Source of the DNA: the human T2T-CHM13v2.0 reference genome, Homo sapiens | Strand: one strand, 5' to 3' | Assembly: GCF_009914755.1 (NCBI RefSeq) | Contig: NC_060936.1 | DNA length: 64,000 bases | Shown here: positions 12,930-24,347 of the stretch, piece by piece | Layout: each line of letters starts with the position of its first letter | Numbering within the stretch: position 1 is the first letter of the stretch | Made by a program: the position numbers and the translations under genes | Notes under the pieces: generated by a model | What the model was told of the DNA's origin: nothing | Databases searched by the model: none | Seen by the model: only the letters and a program-made list of their open reading frames with translations

Positions 12930-14694
12930 TGTTAAAAACTTTTTAACAGTGCAATTTTTTTGAATATGACCAAGTTGTTCACAATCATAGCAGGCTCCAA
13001 GAGAAGAATTAATGGGACCAGTGTGGTTGGTGTCCTTCATGGCCCATGCCCACAGAATAGTTTTGTGGGCATCTGATCCAATGCCTTCACAAGCTTTAAT
13101 ATATGCAGGCAACACCTCATGATCAGGTAAATTTTGTCGTTGGACAGAACGCATGGCCATTTTACATTCATGGTTTGCATTTTCAAAAGCTAACATAGGA
13201 AGGAGAATGCCTTGAGCGCACTCATCAGAGACAGATTTTTTAACAGCATCTTGTAATTTAGCCAAAAAATCAGGGTATAATTCAGGGTGACCTTGTTTAA
13301 CTGTGGTAAAAGAAACAGGAGTTTGGCCTGGAGCACATAATTTATCCCAAGCTCTCATGCACACCTTTGTTACTTGTTCTGTGGTAAGGGCATCAAAGTT
13401 TAATTGGGCATAAGCATCAGAGAAACTATGGGAGCCTGTGAGCTGAGCTTGAGTAATTAGAATGCCATTACTGTTATTTAGCTGAGCCTACAAACGGGCC
13501 TCCTCTGACCACCAGGTATGGAATTGTAAATGCTGAGATGGGGTTAGAACAGCTTTTGCCGAAAGGTCCCAATCTAAAGGGAGTAAAGTGACCTCAGTAC
13601 AAAAAGTTTGTAAAACCATCTTAACATAAGGAGAAGTAGGACCATACTGAGTACAAGCATCCTTAAATTCTTTTAAAAAGGTAAGATTAAGAGGTACATA
13701 ATGATGCATTTGCAACCCTTGGAAGTTAGGTGGGTCTAGCGCGACCAGATAAGTCCACGCGTCTAATCCACTTGTTTCTCTGTTTTGGCATAACAAGCTT
13801 TGCATTGAAGTTTCAAGAGTAGGCATCTGAGTCGGAGTCAGCATAGAAGTGACAGGAAAAGCATGTGTAGATAAGGGAAACTGAAGGTGAGAGGGTCGGA
13901 CTGGGATGAGAGTGTGAGAAAGAGGCATTGGGGGAGCAGAAGGAGCAGAAGTATACTGGTGATTACTGGTGTTCACGTGTGAAGAAGGGTACAGAGAAGC
14001 AGGCTGAGTAGATGGTAAAGTGACTGGTTGAGGAACCGAAATGACAGGAGGGTGAGGGGCTGAAGTGGGTGGGGGAGGGCCAGCAGAATTACAGGTAAAG
14101 TGTAGTTTGGTCCCAGAGCCGCTAGGTGATTCCAGAGGTTTGAGAAGAGAAGAATTAGCATATATAGGATCCTGGGCTGTGTGAGTCCAGGCTGCAGGAG
14201 TTACACGTACTGGTTATTCATGAAAAGAAATAAGATCATCAGGGTGACCATAAGTCAAAGTCACTGGAGTTAGACATTGAATTGTCTACATTGTCAGGTA
14301 GGGAAGGAGTAGCCGGAGGGAGAGGCTGATCAGATAACGAAGGCCGTGCAGGAGAGAAAGATTGAAGAAAAGGTGGAGGATCGTCAGATTCAGAAAACTG
14401 TGGTAACTGTAGGGGGCCATGGGATTGGTATGTCATCAGGACAGCACGTACCAAGGCCCAGTCACCCCAAACAGTGATGGGAACATAATTCCCTGTGGAG
14501 ACCAGTTCCCTGAATGTTGTAGCAACATGATCCCATAGTTCTACACCTAAGGTTCCTTTTTCAGGAAACCAAGTACAGTATTTTTCTACCGTCCTGAATA
14601 GAGTGATCATATTTTCCATAGGCAATTGAACACCGCCCTGTTTTAACAGGAGTTTAATATAGCAGAGATAAGCATGATGCTTAGACTCTGCATG
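12930..14694 (-). pseudogene. gag: HML-8 gag remnant (MA, Pro-rich region, CA, first zinc knuckle)
   Basis: MA YCTWFPEKGTL; CA LKEFKDACTQYGPTSPY; MHR VKQGHPELYPDFLAKL; knuckle CYDCEQLGHIQKNC. Confidence 0.9.
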
Positions 14695-14699
14695 AAAGA

Positions 14700-14717
14700 A
14701 AGACCATGGGGGTGCCA
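14700..14717 (-). promoter_or_regulatory. Degenerate genomic PBS of the provirus
   Basis: TGGCACCCCCATGGTCTT, 2 nt downstream of the minus-strand LTR. Confidence 0.8.
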
Positions 14718-14719
14718 GA

Positions 14720-15788
14720 TATCAGGGAATCTGCCCCGATATTCAAGTAGGTTCTTTTCTATTTTCCTTAAGTGTAGGCCAGCTTGAGAAATAAAGGAAC
14801 AGAGTACAAAAGAGAGAAATTTTAAAGCTCAGTGTCTGGGGGAGACATCACATGTCAGTAGGTTCCGTGATGCCCCACAAGCCACAGAAACCAGCAAGTT
14901 TTTATTAGGGATTTTCAAAAGGGGAGGGAGTGTGCGAATAGGTGTGGTCATAGGCATCAAGTATTTTACAAGGTAATAGAATATCACAAGGCAAGTGGAG
15001 GCAGGGAAAGATCACAGGACCACAGGACCAAGGCAAAATTAAAATTGCTAATGAAGTTTTGGGCACGATTGTCATTGATAACATCTTATCAGGAGACAGG
15101 GTTTTGAGATCAAGCGGTCCGACCAAAATTTATTAGGCGGGAATTTCCTCTTCCTAATAGGCCTGGGAACGCTATAGGAGACTGGGGTCTATTTCACCCC
15201 TACAGCCTCGACCATAAGAGACGGCCGTGCCCAGGGGGGCCAGTTCAGAGACCCACCCCCAGGCACATATTCTCTTTCCCAGGGATGTTCCTTGCTGAGA
15301 AAAGGAATTCAGCGATATTTCTCCCATTTGCTTTTGAAAGAAGAGAAATATGGCTCTGTTACACCTGGCTCACCGGTGGTCAGAGTTTAAGGTTATCTCT
15401 CTTATTCCCTGAACAATTGCTGCTATCCTGTTCTTTTTTCAAGGTGCCCAGATTTCATATTGCTCAAACACACATGCTGTACAATTTGTGCAGTTAATGC
15501 AATTATTACAGGGTCCTGAGGCGACATACATCCTCCTCAGCTGATAGGATTAAGAGATTAAAGTAAAGACAGGCATAGGAAATCACAAGGGTATTGATTG
15601 GGGAAGTGATAAGTGTCCATGAAATCTTCACAATTTATGTTTAGAGATTGCAGTAAAGACAGGCATAAGAAATTACAAAAGTATTAATTTGGGGAACTAA
15701 TAAATGTCCATGAAATCTTCACAATCTACATTCTTCTGCCATGGCTTCAGCCGGTCCCTCCATTTGGGGTCCCTGACTTCCCGCAACA
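14720..15788 (-). mobile_element. MER11 5' LTR (1069 bp)
   Basis: Reverse complement of 7472-8541, roughly 95% identical by eye. Confidence 0.93.
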
Positions 15789-18299
15789 CCTGACAGAGAC
15801 ACAACAAAAAGAGAAAATTTAGGCCAATATACCTGATGAACATCAATGCGAAAATCCTCAGTATAATACTGGCAAACTGAATCCAGCAGCACATCAAAAA
15901 GCTTATCCACTACGATCAAGTGGGCTTTATCCCTGGGATGCAAGGCTGGTTCTACATACATAAATCAATAAACACAATCCATCACATAAACAGAAGCAAT
16001 GACAAAACAAGATTATCTCAATAAATTCAGAAAAGGCCTTCGACAAAAATCAACAGCCCTTCATGCTAAAATCTCTCAATGAACTAGGTATCTGTTCAAA
16101 ATAATAAGAGCTATTTATGATAAACCCACAGCCAATATCATACTTAATTGGCAAAACCCAGAAGCATTCCCATTGAAAACTGGCACAAGACAAGGATGCC
16201 CTCTTTCACCAATCCTCTTCAACATATTATTGAAAGTTCTGGCCAGGGCAACTGGAGAAGAGAAAGAAATAAAGCTTATTCAAATAGGAATAGAGGAATT
16301 CAAATTGTCTCTGTTTGCAGATGACATGATTGTATATTTAGAAAATCCCATCATCTCAGCCCAAAATCTTCTTAAGCTGATAAGCAACTTCAGCAAATCC
16401 TGAGGATACAAAATCAATGTGCAAAAATCACAAGCATTCCTACACAACCATAACAGACAAACAGAGAGCCAAATCAAGAGTGAACTCCCATTCACAATTA
16501 CTACAAAGAGAATAAAACACCTCGGAATACAACTTACAAGGGAGTGAAGGACCTCTTCAAGGGGAACCACAAACCACTGCCCAAGGAAATAAGAGAGGAC
16601 ACAAACAAATGGAAAAACATTCCATGCTCATGGATAGGAAGAATCAATATCGTGAAAATGGCCATACTGCCTAAAGTAATTTATACATTTAATGCTATCC
16701 CCATCAAGCTACCATTGATTTTCTTCCCAGAATTAGAAAAAACTACTTTAAATTTCATATGGAACCAAAAAAGGGTCCACATAGCCAAGACAATCCTAAG
16801 CAAAAAGAACAACACTGTAGGCATCACACTACCTGATTTCAAACTATACTACAAGGACACCATAACCAAAACAGCATAGTACTTTTACCAAAACAGATAT
16901 ACAGATAAATGGAACAGAACAGAGGCCTCAGAAATAACACCACAGATGGTGGTAATAACATATGAGATGTAGATACAGCCATCTGATCTTGGGCAAACCT
17001 TACAGAAACAAGCATTGGGGAAAGGATTCCCTATTCAATAAAAGGTGTTGGAAAAACTGGCTAGCCATATGCAGAAAACTGAAACTGGACCCCTTCCTTA
17101 CACCTTATACAAAAATTAACTCAAGATGGATTAAAGACTTAAATGTAATACCTAACACCATAAAAACTCTAGAAGAAAACCTAGGCACTACCATTCTGGA
17201 CATAGATATGGGCAAAGACTTCACGACTAAAACACCAAAAGCATTGGCAACAAAAGCCAAAATTGACAAATAGGATCTAATTAAACTAAAGAGCTTCTGC
17301 ACAGCATAAGAAACTATCATCAGAGGGAACAGGCAACCTACAGAATTGGAGAAAATCTTTGCAATCTATCTATCTGACAAGAGGCTAATATCCAGAATCT
17401 ACAAATAACTTAAACAAATTTACAAGAAAAAAAAACCATCAAAAAGTGGGCGAAGGATATGAACAGATACTTCTCAAAAGAAGACATTTATGCAGCCAAG
17501 AAACATATGAAAAAAAGCTCATTATCACTGATTATTAGAGATATGAAAGTCAAAACAATAATGAGATACCATCTCATGCCAGTTTGAATGGCCGTCATTA
17601 AAAAGTCAGTAAACAACAGATGCTGGACAGGATGTGGAGAAAAATGAATGCTTTTACACTGTTGGTGGGAGTGTAAATTAGTTCAACCATTGTGGAAGAC
17701 AGTGTGGCAATTCCTCAAGGATCTACAACTAGAAATACCATTTGACCCAGCAATCGCATTACTGGTATATACCCAAAGGATTATAAATTATTCTACTATA
17801 AAGACACTTGCACACATATGTTTATTGTGGCACTGTTCTCAATATCAAAGACCCATTTGATATTGGAAATGGGTTTTTTGATGTGGAAAAAACCCAAATG
17901 CCCATCAATGATAGACTGGATAAAGAAAATGTGGCACATATATACTGTGGAATACTATGCAGCCATAAAAAAGGATGACTTCATGTCCTTTGCAGGTACA
18001 TGAACGACGCTGGAAACAATCATTCTTAGCAAACTAACACAAGAACGGAAAATCAAACACCACATGTTCTCACTCATAAGTGGGAGTTGAACAATGAGAA
18101 CACATGGACACAGGGAGGGGAACATCACACACTGAGGTGAGGGGCTAAGGGATGGATAGCATTAGGAGAAACACTTAATATGATGACAGGTTGATGGGTG
18201 CAGCAAACCACCATGGCACGTGTATATCTATGTAACAAACCTACACGTTCTGCACATGCACCCCAGAACTTAAAGTACAATAATAAAAAAAAGAAAAAA

Positions 18300-18740
18300 C
18301 TTGTTCTATAATTCAGACTTAGATTTTTAGCACCCTGCTGCATACACGTTAGAATTTGTCAAATATCTCCAGTGGAAACTACCCACATGTGTTAGGTTTC
18401 TTGAGTTTCAGCCATATTGCCATAGCCCTGCCTAATTAATGAAAGTTCCCTGGTTTGTGTAACCTGAACACACAGCCCTCTGTCCAGGCATAATCTGTAT
18501 TCTTGGTCTCTGGCCAATGCCCTGAATCAGCAAGTACTTCAGAACAAAAAGCAGCTGCAGATAATCACCTTTTGCCTTCAGTTTTTTCTTTTCGAAAGTC
18601 TTATACCATCTAGTCCTTCCTGATTCTGCAGCTTTCTTAATGCTTTAAATTATTCGCTTTACTTGGCTTTCACATTGGTGGCTATGTGACCATTGATTTG
18701 CTGCAAATTATTTCATTGTCGCCAGAAGCAGAAATGCCCC
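18300..18740 (-). mobile_element. Ancient L1M-type fragment, right part (5' end)
   Basis: Degenerate sequence ending in GCCAGAAGCAGAAATG, resembling an antisense L1M 5' terminus. Confidence 0.4.
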
Positions 18741-18779
18741 ATATTTTAAGACTTGTTTGTTTTTGTACACAAATTATCT

Positions 18780-18995
18780 GAAGTTAGAATGTCTGATTTT
18801 GAATCTTGAATTCACCCATTACTGTACACCTGATGAAGGAAAATTAATTTAATCTCATATCATATCCATTTCTAATTGTGTAAACAAGAAAAAGTAACCA
18901 ACTTGATATGCTGGTTATGAGGATTACTTAGTTAATACCTAAAAACTGCTTAAAAGAGTGGCTGGTGCATGTTACGTATACAATATTATCTATTA
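18780..18995 (+). mobile_element. MIR SINE
   Basis: Degenerate MIR core and 3' end. Confidence 0.55.
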
Positions 18996-20181
18996 TTATA
19001 GTTATTGCTTGTATTTTTGCAATTATAAAATAATAAACTTAACATTTATCCGTTAATTTTTAGGGTATAAAATTCAGAAATCTAATTCAATTCTATAAGC
19101 ATTTTTTAAAATGTGTGCAAGACCATGTGCAAGGCCTTGCTTAAATATGCATGGTGGTGGCTAAAATGGAAGTGAATATTATCTCAAGTTGTACATGTTT
19201 TATATGTGTGCAAAAAATCAGTAAGTTCCACAACAAAAGCAAAAATAAAGATAAGTTTGGAGGCAGGGCAGAGAGAGCTATCCTTCCTACCTCCCCACCA
19301 GATACTGGATTAGCATAGGTATTGGCAGCTCAGAAAATAAGTACAAATCGTTCTACCTGCTTAAGCCACTTAAAGTACTCTTCCTAATAAGTTCTGCTTG
19401 TGAAGAATAGCAGTTTTAATTACTAAAATGCTTCCCCTAAGCACAAACTAGGTTCCTGAAATAACTTTGGAACTAGCTTATTGACTACATTGAATGTGCT
19501 GTAAGAACTGATAGAGAAGTTGCCAGGGGTCAAGTTGGCTATAAAGCAAATTACATTTCAAAAAAAAAAGTTCTGGAAATGTGTATTGAGTTCCAACCTG
19601 TTTAAAAGTGTCTTTCTTACTTATCTTCATCTGAAAGCAAGTCTTAGTACACTACATGGGAATATTCAGCATTTTAATGCAATGAATTTCTAGTCTTTCC
19701 TTAATTGTAGTCCCATAAAATTTATATTTGAAATAAATTTGGCCAGCACTAGTTTAAATTGGGTTCGATATATTAAGCAAATTGTTGTGAGCAATTTAAT
19801 GTTTTTCTTATTTTAGCAAACTATAGGCCTAAAAATTTTATGTGTTGTTTTTTAAAAAGCAGAAGAAATAAAAGGAAAGGAAAAAAGAATGGGTTGAATA
19901 AGTTGAGCCAGAAATTTGGGTTATGTCTTCAAAATATTCTTTTAACTCATTTCATTCAAAAGCATTTATTGGCACCTACTCTGTGCCACAAATAGGAGAA
20001 AAGAAAGATAACTAAATCAGAGTTAGTTCATGACTTTTTTCACCACTAGTCTTATTCTTCCCAAAGGCACATGTAAATCAAAAATGTTAACAACTTTAAT
20101 GCTCTAAATAAATACAGTGTTAATATAGCCAATATGTTCCAGAAAATTTAATGCAAACCTATTTTTATATTAACATAAAAT

Positions 20182-20332
20182 AGCTGAGTATGACAGTGTG
20201 CACTTGTAATCCCAGCTATTCAGGAAGCTGAAGTGTGAGTATCGCCTGAAGCCATGAGTTGGAGACCAGCCTGGGTAACACAGTGAGACCTCATCTCAAA
20301 AACAGCAAGACAAAAAACAAAACAAAACAGAA
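20182..20332 (+). mobile_element. FLAM/FAM Alu monomer
   Basis: Single 7SL-derived monomer with A-rich tail. Confidence 0.85.
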
Positions 20333-20899
20333 AATCATGATGAATCTGTGAACAAAAATTACCTTCATAATGAACCATTTAAATTGCCAATGAAAAACTT
20401 GCCTATATTTCATGAAATGTTTTAAAACTATGAAAAATATCTTTTAAAACATCTGATGATTATTATTTTGAAATGTTTTTCATACTTTCAAGCAAATATC
20501 AGTATATTCTACAATATACTGAATAAAGGGGAAATCTATTGAATTTAATCATTGCAAATGTAATAAGACAAAAAACTAGAAATTCAAGCTAGGCACAATA
20601 GCTTTGACATGTGATGCTATGTGTAAATTGCAATGTTCAGATTTGTAGAACCAGTACTTGTTCCATGGCTTCAGCATCCTAAAACATGCCCTTCACTACA
20701 ACTACCCATTTTGAAAATATAAAAAGGATGACAGAGGGTAATAGATTTTTATGGATAGGATGTCTTAAGGACTGTCTCTTTTTCCTTTCACTTCAATTGG
20801 GATAGTACCTACCCTTCAAAGACTGTGATGATGGGAATTCTATTAAAGTCTTGGAATATTTACTGTGAAGCCCATGTAGATTACAGATGTATTGCACTG

Positions 20900-21204
20900 G
20901 GCCAGGTGTAGTGGCTCATGCTTGTAATCCCAGCACTTTGGGAGGCCAAGATGAGAGGACTGCTCAAGGCCAGGAGTTTCAGACCAGACTGGGCATAGTG
21001 ACAGCCTGTCTCTAACAAAAAAATACAAAAATTAGCTGGGTGTGGCGGCATGAGCCTGTAGTTCTAGGTACTCAAGAGCTTGAGGCAAGAGGGTTGATTG
21101 AGCCCAGGAATTGAAGGCTACACCGAGCTTTGATTGCATCACCATACTCCAGTCTGGGCAACAAAACTAGACCCTCTCTCTGGAAAAAATAAATAAATAA
21201 ATAA

Positions 21205-21251
<47 letters not shown>

Positions 21252-21296
21252 CGTGTATGTGGGTATATATATATGTGGGTGTGCATATATATATGT
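20900..21296 (+). mobile_element. AluJ with tail expanded into (AAAT)n(TA)n(GT)n
   Basis: Diverged dimeric Alu; TSD AGATGTATTGCACTG / AAATGTACTGCACTG encloses the microsatellite. Confidence 0.9.
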
Positions 21297-22557
21297 AAAT
21301 GTACTGCACTGAAGATTTCACTCCTGCAAAAGAATTTTAAGGTGACTAGACACTGTGTGAAGAATTGCTTTAGTTTGGAGCTGCGGAGGGCTACTTTGCT
21401 GAGATCAAATGGCCTGAACTCCCAGAACTGGTAGCAAACAAGTATGCATGACTATTTCTCATGGCAGAGAAATTAGTCCCGTGTGATTCTGTGGATGGTC
21501 ATGGATCCTTCAGTGCTGTCTGCAAGGGTGAAGGTCCACCACTAGAAAAATCCTAGATGTGACCTCTTTGAGCCTAAAAAATGAGTCAAAATGAGTACCA
21601 GGAAAAAATATATAAAAGCATGCTAGATGTAAAAGAATTTAAGAATAGAGAGACATAGCAGAGACCTTCTGAAGGTCAACTGAAAATACTCCACAAGAAA
21701 ATCATCTTGCAGTACTTATCAGCTCCACAGGGTTATAACTCCATCTTAAAATAGCACTAATTTAAATAAGGCTGCTCCTGTTCCTATAGAATAATTACAG
21801 AAGAAATCAACCACATATACCTTTTTCTGTAGTGAGTTTCTAACCAAAAGCAGGCCCAAGCTACACAAAGGGAGAACATTTGACTATACAGAATGCTCAG
21901 AGTTTTGATTCATATTATAGATTCAATATTTTCATTAATAATTTAAGAATTTACGATTTAAAAAAGCAAATTGAGCAAAACATAAAAAAATAAGTATGAA
22001 TGATAGTAAGTTCAGGAGTCACATAATTGACCAAATTTCTCAATTTTACCCAGGAGACTGGTAAGGGTGGTGAACTAGATCGTTGTCTTACTAACACTTA
22101 CCCCATGGTGTTTCATCTATTGGTCACACCGATAGCTCAGGGGATGGGCCTATAGCAGTAATCTTTCCACACCCCACACCCACAGAGATAGGGAATAGAG
22201 AGTGTCATGAACTTAACTTAAGCAATGCTGCACATTTCCCAAACCAGTGAGATTTGTTTGGGCGTGGTCCATCAGTCCAATTATCAGGGCATTTGTTAGA
22301 TAGCGGTGGATGAAAATTATGTTCCCTCTCCGTGAATTGGAATGAAAAGAAATCTACTCTCCAATATTTAATATCCACTTTCAAACCTGAGGCAGAAACA
22401 CCTGGGAAAAACTATATGTAGAACATTTATAACAGAGAATTATAGAAAATTAAACATAGATCCAACTGAACTGACCTGAAGCCTTACCTTCTATAGGGTT
22501 AACTAAACTTGTTTGGTCTGTTTGAGATGGATTTTCTCTTACTTGCATTGCAAACCA

Positions 22558-22756
22558 CTATATATATGTATATATGTATATATATACACACATATTTTAT
22601 ATATATGTATGTGTGTGTGAAAGAGTATTGTGTATGTACACATATATATGTATATTTATATGCTTACAAAATAATGTCAAAATTATTTCAGGCAATTATG
22701 CATGAAAATTATATATATATATAGAGAGAGAGAGAGAGTGAGAAAGAGAGAGAGAG
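22558..22756. repeat. (TA)n/(TG)n/(GA)n compound microsatellites
   Basis: Direct inspection. Confidence 0.85.
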
Positions 22757-22784
22757 GATTTTATGTATAATTGCTTCTCAAGAA

Positions 22785-23035
22785 GGCAAAATAGCAATGT
22801 GGTCTAGGCATGTAATCCTGATCCTGAATTTAAACACGTTTTCTAACAGCTAGCATCTGCATATCCCTAGAAAAGTCATTTGTTAACTCTAAGCCACTGT
22901 TTTCTTATTTGTAAAATGAGGATAATTCTATTATCTGCACTTTGCTATTGTTGTGAGGATCAAAGAAGACATATGTATTGGCTGCAGTGCCTGGCACTTA
23001 TAGATAAGCACTCACAAACTATTGGTAGAAATAAT
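22785..23035 (+). mobile_element. MIR SINE
   Basis: MIR core TAACTCTAAGCCACTGTTTTCTTATTTGTAAAATGAGGATAAT. Confidence 0.75.
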
Positions 23036-23435
23036 TATGATACAGTATCATTGAAGAGTACTTATAAAAGAGAAATGTTTACTGCTTTGTCAGTTATTTG
23101 GCCATGATTAGTGTTTTAGTTTCTGCTATTTATATGTCTGCCCTAAGTGATAAAAAGGGAGCAAATAAAATCTAAAATATTATTGTTGCCTTCCATAGAT
23201 GTATAGTCTATTTGAGGACACTTCATTTACTAAGCAAATAATTAAGCACAAATGGCACTCTCTACATACAAGTGACAAAAAAGGATGATAATTATAATGC
23301 AAGAAATAGAGTTAAGAAAAAGGAAATGGTGATTGAAGTGTTCATATAGACCTCATGGAAGAGTTGGAAATTGACCTAGATAGAATAATATAATCGAATG
23401 CTTTCAATTTTTAACTGAATCTTTTGGCAGTAAAA

Positions 23436-23447
23436 CTCTGTCTCTCT

Positions 23448-23478
<31 letters not shown>

Positions 23479-23518
23479 ACTCACACACACACACACACTC
23501 TCTGTCCCTCTCTCTCTC
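23436..23518. repeat. (TC)n(CA)n microsatellite
   Basis: Direct inspection. Confidence 0.9.
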
Positions 23519-24347
23519 CAAGGCTTACAGGAACAAATACATCTTAGAGAAAGTAAAATGTGTACTTTTTGTCGCAATCCCTTTTTCCATAAACATATTC
23601 TGAAAAATATTTGAGAACGTAATGCGAAAAGATGACTCTGACACACAGATAGTAATTAAAAAGCAAGTCACACTTTTCTTTACTAATACAGGTCATTCAT
23701 TCTTAGGAGTGCCAGATCTGTATAGTAACTGTGTACTTAGATGATTCAAATACAACAGAGGATCCACCCTCACTCACTACCAACAAAAACAAACATAACA
23801 ATTTGACTCTCTCATATTTTCTTTCAAATGAATGGAAAGCTATGCTTTTGTTATAAGTGTAAAAATAGAGAAATCATTTTTGTGTCTCCTCCCCACCATT
23901 CCCCATCCATTCTACCACCAAGCTCAGCCAAACTGGCACCATCTGACTTTTGGGGAGCCTGAGGCGGAGGTAAAATTAGAAGGCCACAGATAAACATTAA
24001 CACTTAAATGATATAAATTGTTAAAAAAAACTGTAAATATTTTGTACTCATACCTTGATAAATATACCATCATGAGAACAAAATTTGAAAAAATAAACCT
24101 GTGTTTTTTTATGGATAACAGTAAGCAAAATGTCAGACAACTGTATGTAATTACTGCCTGTGTTTATGTGTTCCTTATTTTAGTTAATTCATTTGGAGGT
24201 GGGAGTTCTTATTTATTTATATATGGATAAATTTTTATGGCATATATTGAAATGTTTTTCATTTCATAGCTTTGCTTTTTAATTATTTTGTCATTAGGAA
24301 AGTTTTGTCATTAGAGAAGGTTTATTATTATTTTTAAAAAACAAATT

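Larger units (their letters stand above)
7472..15788 (-). mobile_element. HERV-K(HML-8)/HERVK11-type provirus with inverted LTRs, defective
   Basis: Betaretroviral gag-pro-pol-env on the minus strand; MER11-type LTRs at both ends in opposite orientation; 6-bp TSD CCCGAC (7466-7471) / CCTGAC (15789-15794). Confidence 0.92.
5908..18090 (+). pseudogene. L1 ORF2p remnant (endonuclease/RT), split by the ERV
   Basis: EN motifs GDFNTPL and SDH (ORF 6334-6876); RT motifs [10 protein letters not shown] and LFADD (ORF 16173-16403); sequence continues across the ERV (ATACCAAAG-CCYGAC-AGAGACACAAC). Confidence 0.88.
3518..18299 (+). mobile_element. Full-length LINE-1 (L1PA7-like), inactive, interrupted at 7472-15788 by an ERV
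   Basis: 5' end GGGGCAGCTGGCAAGATGG, ~1.3 kb 5'UTR, ORF1, ORF2 (EN, RT FADD motif, C-terminal domain), 3'UTR and poly-A; possible degenerate TSD AAAGAAAACCTG / AAAGAAAAAACTTG. Confidence 0.93.

Noticed and set aside
22060-22555. Possible old MLT1-type LTR
   Set aside because: Only a weak 3'-end resemblance; boundaries cannot be supported by eye
21139-23646. Short ORFs with CV/HT/ER repeats
   Set aside because: Translations of microsatellites
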